Assembly (NCBI GenBank): GCA_903847905.1
Contig: CAINEZ010000350.1
Span: forward strand, 1 to 53,313
Direction of reading: 5' to 3'
DNA: 53,313 bases
Source of the DNA: an uncultured Bacteroidota bacterium
Lineage (GTDB): Bacteria > Bacteroidota > Bacteroidia > Bacteroidales > CG2-30-32-10
In this document: positions 44,885 through 52,700 of the stretch, piece after piece
How positions within the stretch are numbered: the stretch's first letter is position 1
How the letters are laid out: every line of letters begins with the position of its first letter
Position numbers and translations under genes: made by a program
The notes under the pieces: model-generated
Seen by the model: the letters and a program-made list of their open reading frames with translations, nothing else
Databases searched by the model: none
What the model was told of the DNA's origin: nothing

Positions 44885-46371
44885 TGGCCAAACGTTATTT
44901 TAAATATTGGGGAATTATTTTGTTGCTGATATTGAATTACAATGTTCAATCACAATCAATAAATAATGATAGTACTTTGTTTGAAAGTCCAATAAATATT
45001 GGCAAAAATAAAATAATTAATTTTACCGGTCTTGACAAATCATTTCAAAAATTAAAATCAATAAAGGAAGGAAGCAATAAACAATTTGTAATTGTTCATT
45101 TTGGTGATTCTCATATTCAAATGGGGCATTTTTCAGGAACAATAAAGAAAAATTTGCAAACGATTTTTGGAGACTGTGGTGAGGGAATTTTGTTTCCATA
45201 TTCAGCCTGTAAAAGCTTTGGTCCGACAAATCTAATTTCAAAATTTTCCGGCAATTGGATATGGAACAATCTTCTTGTAAATCCAGAAAGAACAGCACTG
45301 GGTATAACAGGTTACTGTATTAAGACTAATGATACAAATGCATCCTTCGATTTTGCATACTCGCAGTGCCCTTATTGTGATAGCCCAATTAATATTGGAA
45401 AAATAAAGATCTTTCATGGCATAAATAACTTTGGGATAGTTTCTCAAAATGATATTATCGATGATGGATATACAGAACTTGACAAAAACTCAAGTTGGGA
45501 AATAACTACGATTACTCCAAAAACTCGATCATCAAATTTTACTTTTAATTTTATAAAGACGAAGGAATCACAAAAGGAATTTGTGCTATATGGTATATTA
45601 TTCGAGAATTCACAGAAAACGGGAATTCAATATCATCATTTTGGTGTTGTGGGAGCACAATTTTTAGAAATAGTAAAAGTTGCCCCCTTATTAATTCCAC
45701 AACTTGAATCTCTAAAACCAGATTTAATTATTTTTTCTTATGGATCAAATGAATCTTACAATCCCACTTTTGATTCAATTTCTTACTTTAAAGAAATAGC
45801 CAATTTTATTAAAAAAATTCGAGTAGAATTACCTAACGTAGAGTTCATTATTACTTCTGCACCAGATACAAGAAGTAATAACGTCTATCCAACCTATACT
45901 AAATCTATAAACAATACTTTTAGAATGATAGCAAAAAACACAAATTCTGCCTATTGGGATCTAAATGCCATTATGGGAGGTGATGGCTCTATGGAATCAT
46001 GGTATAAAAATGGATTGTCGAAAAAGGACAAATTGCATTTTATAAAATCTGGTTATATGCTTCAGGGAAATTTGTTTAGTCTGGCATTTTTTAATGCTTA
46101 TAATGAGAAATATCCCAAATCGATAAAAACCACCCTTTTAATTTCGGAAATTGAGAAACAAGCTCAAACGTTTTCACAAATAAAAAAGGATTTATTACCT
46201 CAGATTCAGAACACAAATGAGTCAATTAAACATGTCGTAAAAGCTGGCGAAACCTTAGTAGGATTATCTAAAAAGTATCATTGTTCGGTTGAGTCAATAA
46301 TGAATCTAAACAATCTTACAAGCACAAAAATTATAGTTGGCAGATCTCTTAAAATACCTAATAGTCATTAA
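44884..46371 (+). CDS. SGNH-like protein with C-terminal LysM domain
   Basis: The start overlaps the previous stop (TGATG). VIVHFGDSHIQMGH and DKLHF are SGNH-like blocks. C-terminal LysM: HVVKAGETLVGLSKKYHCSVESIMNLNNLTSTKIIVGRSLKIP. Confidence 0.7.
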   Translation: MAKRYFKYWGIILLLILNYNVQSQSINNDSTLFESPINIGKNKIINFTGLDKSFQKLKSIKEGSNKQFVIVHFGDSHIQMGHFSGTIKKNLQTIFGDCGEGILFPYSACKSFGPTNLISKFSGNWIWNNLLVNPERTALGITGYCIKTNDTNASFDFAYSQCPYCDSPINIGKIKIFHGINNFGIVSQNDIIDDGYTELDKNSSWEITTITPKTRSSNFTFNFIKTKESQKEFVLYGILFENSQKTGIQYHHFGVVGAQFLEIVKVAPLLIPQLESLKPDLIIFSYGSNESYNPTFDSISYFKEIANFIKKIRVELPNVEFIITSAPDTRSNNVYPTYTKSINNTFRMIAKNTNSAYWDLNAIMGGDGSMESWYKNGLSKKDKLHFIKSGYMLQGNLFSLAFFNAYNEKYPKSIKTTLLISEIEKQAQTFSQIKKDLLPQIQNTNESIKHVVKAGETLVGLSKKYHCSVESIMNLNNLTSTKIIVGRSLKIPNSH

Positions 46372-46516
46372 TTTTATGATTCAATGAATTGATTAATTTT
46401 CGAAAATGCTGCAAATAATTGCATGATAATTGGCTGCCATAAAAAATGTTTTTAAGTTATTTTTTATTTTGATTACTTATTATTTTGCTTTGGAAAACCA
46501 TGAGTGAAAGAGATTA

Positions 46517-47761
46517 TTAAAGTTTGGTAACCTTTTCATTCATTTGTTTTAGACTCTGGTTATCCAGACCAGCAAAATATCCAACTGTCACTGAATTATC
46601 ACTGTGTTTGAATGCATCTCCAACCATGTCCATGGTATATCCATCCCTTAGGCTTTTGGTCGCGAAACTATGTCGGGCCCAGTAGGAACTTATTCTTACA
46701 GGCAAATTGTTGTTTTTTGCAAGGATTTGTAAGTGCTGGTTGATAAAGCGTGTAAAATTCCGTATTCCCCTGTGAATTTGTTTTTCATCCCATCCCGGTT
46801 TCAGAATATCAAAAACATAGTCGTTTGGTTTTTGGTCAGCAGTACCGTATCTTTTTAAAATATCCCTTGAAATATCTGTTAGATATACTTCGTGTTCTAC
46901 TACCTCTTTTTTTGATGTATTTTCAGTTTTGGATCGTATATAAGTGATTTTATCTTCTGAGATGTCCTTCCACTTTAATAAAAGAATATCCTTGACATTC
47001 ATTCCAAAAGTAGCAAAACTGAAAAACCAAAAGTCTCTGGCTTTATCCTGATAGGGTGGAGGTGCCGGGCAGGTCAGCAGTGCCTTGAGATGTTCATTAC
47101 TCAGAGCTTTCTTTACTTTTTTTACAGAGGGTCTTACATACTTCCTGGCCCCGAAAGGATAGATTTCTCCACTTATATCCTTATTATAAATGGCCATATT
47201 AAAAATAGCCTGTATAGCCCGGGCATATATAGAAACGGTAGTCCTGCTTTTATCCTTTTTGAGCATATAATCTTCAAAGTCTTGCAGCCACACTGGAGTG
47301 ACTTCAATAAACGCTAAATATTCAAGGTCATTACCTGTTTTGTTTTTACAAAAGGCCTTCATCATCTTAAGGCAACTGGAGTATATATCCAAGGTGCTAA
47401 ATTTATTATGTGCTTTTAATTCTTCTATTTTGGTTTCAAAATAAAAGAAGATATTTTTTCCATTTCCTCTGCTTTTAAACATTTTCCATTCGAAAATATC
47501 AAAGGTAAAGGGATCAAGACTTCTTATAATCTCCTCAGCTTCTGAGTAATAAGTATGCAAGAGGCCGTTATAAAACTGGTAATCCTTTGGGGGATTGTTA
47601 GTTCCCCAAGTTTTATTAAACTCAGACCTGCTTAAATTGATGTTAAGGTTGTAGAGCTTGGCCTTTTGTGTTGTGAGGTCATATACCCGTAATTTTACAG
47701 GTAAAGTATTGTCTGATTTGATTCTACGGGCATCTAAAATGATGTTTAAATTTGCATTCAT
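46517..47761 (-). CDS. tyrosine recombinase / site-specific integrase (Bacteroidetes type)
   Basis: N-terminal arm-binding-like region (LNIILDARRIKSDNTLPVKLRVY). The catalytic C-terminus has SYWARHSFATKSL and HSDNSVTVGYF. Confidence 0.85.
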   Translation of the reverse strand: MNANLNIILDARRIKSDNTLPVKLRVYDLTTQKAKLYNLNINLSRSEFNKTWGTNNPPKDYQFYNGLLHTYYSEAEEIIRSLDPFTFDIFEWKMFKSRGNGKNIFFYFETKIEELKAHNKFSTLDIYSSCLKMMKAFCKNKTGNDLEYLAFIEVTPVWLQDFEDYMLKKDKSRTTVSIYARAIQAIFNMAIYNKDISGEIYPFGARKYVRPSVKKVKKALSNEHLKALLTCPAPPPYQDKARDFWFFSFATFGMNVKDILLLKWKDISEDKITYIRSKTENTSKKEVVEHEVYLTDISRDILKRYGTADQKPNDYVFDILKPGWDEKQIHRGIRNFTRFINQHLQILAKNNNLPVRISSYWARHSFATKSLRDGYTMDMVGDAFKHSDNSVTVGYFAGLDNQSLKQMNEKVTKL

Positions 47762-48025
47762 AAAGCATTATATTAACAATATTAGTAAATTTGCACAAGA
47801 ATTTTACAAATGTACAAAATTAGATTAATAAAAGGCCTGTTAATCAAAAAAGATATGAACCAAAATTCGAGTTTTATGTGCACAAAATTTGCACAAAATA
47901 ATGTGAAAAATATCAAAAGAGGAGTAGTTACATGTCAGAATGGAATGTTAACAGACTTCATAAATAGCAATAAATAAAAGCATTAATAAATAATAACATT
48001 TAATCAATAAGTTAACCTCTTGCAT

Positions 48026-48065
48026 GGGGTACAAGTGGTCGGAAGTTCGAGTCTTCTCACCCCGA
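48026..48065 (+). pseudogene. orphan 3' fragment of a tRNA gene (T-arm plus acceptor 3' strand); candidate att site
   Basis: GGAAG-TTCGAGT-CTTCT T-arm followed by CACCCCG-A. No complementary 5' acceptor strand (CGGGGTG) lies within the preceding 70-95 nt. The left boundary is uncertain. Confidence 0.6.
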
Positions 48066-48077
48066 CATAAAATACAT

Positions 48078-48110
48078 AAAAGTCACTGATAAACAGTGGC
48101 TTTTATTATT
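48078..48110 (+). terminator. intrinsic terminator directly after the tRNA fragment
   Basis: AAAAGTCACTG-ATAAA-CAGTGGCTTTT (one G-T wobble) with the T-run continuing. Confidence 0.75.
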
Positions 48111-48679
48111 TATATACGTTAAATGTACAACATTCTAATTGCATAATAAATGTTAATTCTCCAAAACATACAAATTTTCTTTAAAAGTTGAGCATTTTTT
48201 TAAAACCAAATTTTTGCAAACGCCTTCATTATCATCAAATGTATTAATAATGAACTTTTTAATTATGGAAATTTGCATTTTCAAACACGAATAACAGAGT
48301 GTAACAAAAGGAAGCAAAAGAAATAAAGATAAAATGAGATGCATGGGGCAGAGATCCTGTCAAAAATAAATATAATATCCTGTAATTAAGAAGTTTGCAA
48401 GAATTTGTTTGATAGGGCATTTAACATTTCAAAATTAACCATCATGATCAGATTTACCAAGTAGGATTATCATTAAATATGATTGATGAAAGCCAAGAGA
48501 TTGATATTTATTAGCCTGTATAACTCCTTTCTTGATTTTTTCAGCACTATTAACTTTGGATTTATCCTCATCAAGTAAACACTTTTTATACGTTTGCGTT
48601 CAATTGCAACTGATTTACAACTTGTCTGAATTACTTAGATAAAAGAAAAAGAACCGACCGAAGGGAGCTCAGCGTAGCT

Positions 48680-49350
48680 AAATGAACGAAAAAATTCAAA
48701 GATGAACGAAGAAACTAAAAGATGGTCGAAGAAACTAAAAGATGAGCGAAGAAACTCAAAGATGAGCGAAGAAACTAAAAGATGAACGAAGAAACTAAAA
48801 GATGATCTTGAAAACTAAAAGATGAACTCGAAAACTAAAAGATGGTCTCGGAAACTAAAAGATGATCTCGAAAACTAAAAGATGAACTCGGAAACTAAAA
48901 GATGAACTCGAAAACTAAAAGATGGTCTCGGAAACTAAAAGATGGACGCTGGCGGTCAAAAAATGGACGCTGTCACTCAGAAGATGAGCTCGGAAACTTC
49001 ACTTTGAGTCATCGACACTCAAAAGATGGTCTCGGAAACTAAAAGATGAGCTCGGAAACTAAAAGATGAGCTCGGAAACTTCACTTTGAGTCATCGACAC
49101 TCAAAAGATGATCTCGGAAACTAAAAGATGGTCGCGGATTTTCAAAAGACGAGCATCGGCACTCAAAAGATGAACGCTGACACATAAAAAATGAGCGAAG
49201 AAACCTGAAAGAACGTCACTGAACATCAAAAAACGATCACTGTCACTCAAAAAACCTTCATCGCACATCAATTTACCATCACTGTCACTCAACCAACCAA
49301 CCCTGCCTCTCAAAAAATGCACACTATCTCTCAAAAATAATTCACTGCAC
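48680..49350. repeat. tandem array of about 30 units of 20-21 bp (RAAACTAAAAGATGRNCNCG core, decaying outward)
   Basis: Twelve well-conserved 20-bp units lie at 48711-48950 (gaaactaaaagatggtcgaa, gaaactaaaagatgagcgaa, aaaactaaaagatgaactcg ...), and the units decay toward 49350. A 48-bp segment (aagatgagctcggaaacttcactttgagtcatcgacactcaaaagatg) occurs twice, at 48981 and 49063. Confidence 0.85.
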
Positions 49351-49703
49351 CTTCCTTTCGGCGATAAGATTTATCTCAAAAGAAATATCTATCCTTAATT
49401 CATTACTACACCCTTCAATATTTTGCGCAGGCGACCCATCGTGCCGGCAACTTTATAATTCGCCGGGAAAGGTGAATGGAAATAGGTGTTTATACATAAT
49501 AACACATGTTGACATAAGTGTACGCATTAGAACATGCAATAACATACGTGTATATATACACACACACACACATTAATACGCAATTACACGCAAATATTTG
49601 CAATTACACGTAAATATACGTAAAAATCTGTCTAATTTTATACTGTAGGAAAAAGAGAGTACATACAAAAGCAGCAATTATTAATTTGACAATGATTATA
49701 AAT

Positions 49704-49736
49704 AAAAAAATGGAGGGTTTAACCCTCCATTTTTTA
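49704..49736 (-). terminator. intrinsic (bidirectional) terminator of the adhesin gene
   Basis: AAAAAAA-TGGAGGGTT-TA-AACCCTCCA-TTTTTT, 9 nt downstream of the stop at 49745. Confidence 0.8.
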
Positions 49737-49744
49737 CATGATCT

Positions 49745-52700
49745 CTAATTAATAATAATTTTTTCAACATGCGAGTAATTCTTTGAAATTACTCTTAAGA
49801 AATACATACCTTTCGGAATATATCCCAAATCAATAGACTTATTGACGAATCCTTCATTATTCAGGATATCGCTATAAACGATTTTTCCACTCATGTTGAT
49901 AATATTCAGATTAGCTGTTTCATACAAACCATTAATTGCAAGATGGAATATTCCATTTGATGGATTAGGATTGATATTGAATAAAATATTGTCGTTGACT
50001 TCCGATATACTTGCACATTGATCGAAAGTAACCAAGATCGAATCCGAAACAGAACATGAATTAGGTGAAGTTACAAGCACTGAAATCAAGTGAGTACCAA
50101 TACTAAGTCCTGATGAATCGAGTAATATGGATTGAGACGTTTGACCTCCCGGAGTCCAAAGATAGGAGGCATCGGAATTTCCTGCATCAAGTAATACGGA
50201 CTGCTTGGCACATACATAAGTGTCGTTGCCCAGATCCACAACAGGCAAAGTCTTTGGTTCAGCAAAACCATAAGCGGGAATGCTTGAAGTTCCGCCAATG
50301 GTCCGGGTCACAGAATATGTTCCTCCAGCAGTAACGGTGATCGATGAAGTCGTTGCTCCTGTACTCCACAACAATGACCCCGTGGCCGTTGTTGATAGTA
50401 TAGAGTTACCGCAATTGTTCACAACGGTCACCACAGGTGGAGTCGTTGTTCCCGGAGGTATAATATGAGGATCTGTTACACCTGATCCTGGTAAACTAGT
50501 ACACTGACCTACAGTTTGAGTTACAGTATAAGTTCCTGCAACAGTAACGGTAATTGATGAAGTCGTTGCTCCTGTACTCCACAACAATGACCCGGTGGCC
50601 GTTGTTGATAGTACAGAGTTACCGCAATTATTAACCACTGTTACAACAGGTGTTGATGGGGTAGGAGGTTGAGTAATTGTTATTGATGCTATAGCTGATA
50701 TTCCATGAGCATCTGTAACAGTAACCGAATATGTACCTGCACTCAATCCTGAAACAGAAGATGAGGTGCCGCCATTTGACCAATGATATGTATATGGTGA
50801 CTGACCATCACTTGCAATTACGGTGGCTGAACCGCTGCTGGTTCCATTACAAGGAGTATTTACTCCAGATATTGACAAGCTTATTGAACAGCTGAGGAAA
50901 TTACCATTTACAAGTCCATCGTCATAATTCTGATTGATATTATCAAGTGCAGTTGTAAGTGCTGAATAAGAATATGCAGAACCACACCCTCCAATTGCTC
51001 TGTTTGCTTCTGCAAGCAAACTGTTTACTGACCATCCCGAGAAGGTTCCAGAAGTTACTATAAGGTGTCCAAGAGATCCTGAGGATGGAGCAAAATTTGC
51101 ATCTGTACTGTCAAATCCAACATTTAAAGTCGCAGCCACTAATTGTCCGGCCAAGACATTGGAATAAGTTGAACCGGGATTAGTTAATGTTCCTGCTGGA
51201 AGCGCTGAAGGTGTCGTTCCTGATGGAAGGAATGCTTCAACAGCTGCTGCAGAAGTTAAAGTAAGATGGTTTATGCAACCTATTGTTAACCCTGATGGAA
51301 AAGCCGATGCGAAATGTGCATCTCTGTAGCATCCGGGGTTCGTCCCATGGCATACTGTTCCCCATCCTCCTTGTGTTTCTGTGCGGAAACCTGAACAAGC
51401 ATAAGGTTGACTAATCAGAATTTCATTTGAAAGGATACTGCAACCATGTGCATCTGTAACCACAACTGAATAAACGCCAGCCGGAATATTAACCAAATTT
51501 TGTGTTGTTGCTCCATTCGACCATAAATAACTATACGGTGAAGTACCTCCTGTAACGGTTAATGTTATCGACCCATTGCTACCTCCGGATGTTGTAACAT
51601 CAATAAAGGTATTACTTATCGAAAGTGCCAGTGATGGCTGAGTTATTGTAGCTGAAGTCATCGAGGTGCATCCTTTATAGTCAGTAACAATTACACTATA
51701 GGTTCCTGCTGAAAGACCTGAAACAGAACTAGTGTGTTGAACCGGACTTGTATTCCATGAATACGTGTAAGGAGCTGTACCACCACTTGCCAAAACTGAA
51801 GCACTTCCCGTTAATTGTCCAAAACAATTTACATTATTTTGACTTGAAATCGTAGAAGATAATACTGTTGCCGGCTGGGTAATAGTAACACTTGCTGAAC
51901 TTGTACATCCTGCATGATCTGTAATTGTAACAGAATATGATCCTGATGCAAGACCCGTAGCAGTTGGTGATGTTTGTGATGGTACCGTATTCCATAAATA
52001 AGTGTAAGGTAATGTCCCATTAGAAGCAGTTACAGTGGCGCTTCCGGATGACAGTCCAAAACAATTTACATTAGTTTGGCTTGAAATTGCAGAAGACAAT
52101 ACTGCTGCCGGTTGAGTGATTGTTACACTTGCTGAATTTGAACATCCGCCGCTTGTATTTGTTACAGTATATGTACCCGCGGTAGTTACATTTATAGACG
52201 GAGTCGTTGCCCCTGTACTCCATAACAATGATCCCGTAGCTGTTGTGGACAATATGGAATATCCGCAACTATTGACAACCGTTACAACAGGAGCTGATGG
52301 TATTGCTAATGGTGCTGCAATTCCTGAGCCTGAAGTGCTGGTACATCCGCCTACTGTTCTGGTAACGGAATATGTTCCGGCTGTAGTAACAGTGATAGAC
52401 GAAGTCGTTGCTCCTGTGCTCCATAACAATGATCCTGTTGAAGTTGTTGATAATACAGAATTACCACAGTTATTGACCACTGTTACAACAGGTGCTGATG
52501 GTGTTGATAAAGGTGCTGCTATCCCTGAGCCTGATGGACTGGTACATCCGCCTACAGTTCTGGTTACAGTGTATGTTCCGGCAGCAGTAACTGTGATGGA
52601 CGAAGTCGTTGCTCCTGTGCTCCATAACAATGATCCTGTAGCTGTTGTTGACAATACAGAGTTACCACAGTTATTAACTACGGTTACAACAGGTGCCGAT

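Noticed and set aside
47993-48065. Complete tRNA gene
   Set aside because: The 3' T-arm and acceptor are convincing, but the 70-95 nt upstream are AT-rich with no complementary acceptor strand, D-arm or anticodon arm. I therefore call it a fragment.
48153-48344. 63-aa minus-strand ORF (MHLILSLFLLLPFVTLCYSC...)
   Set aside because: It could be a small membrane peptide, but it has no supporting motif or conserved context and sits in a decayed-looking region.
49101-49334. 77-aa minus-strand ORF (MRDSVHFLRGRVGWLSDSDGKL...)
   Set aside because: It lies entirely within the 20-21 bp periodic array. The peptide periodicity is a by-product of the DNA repeat, whose period is not a multiple of 3, and no start context or motif is present.
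48680-49350. Possible CRISPR array
   Set aside because: The units are contiguous 20-21 bp repeats with no unique spacers between them. The repeat is too short, and there are no cas genes in the window.
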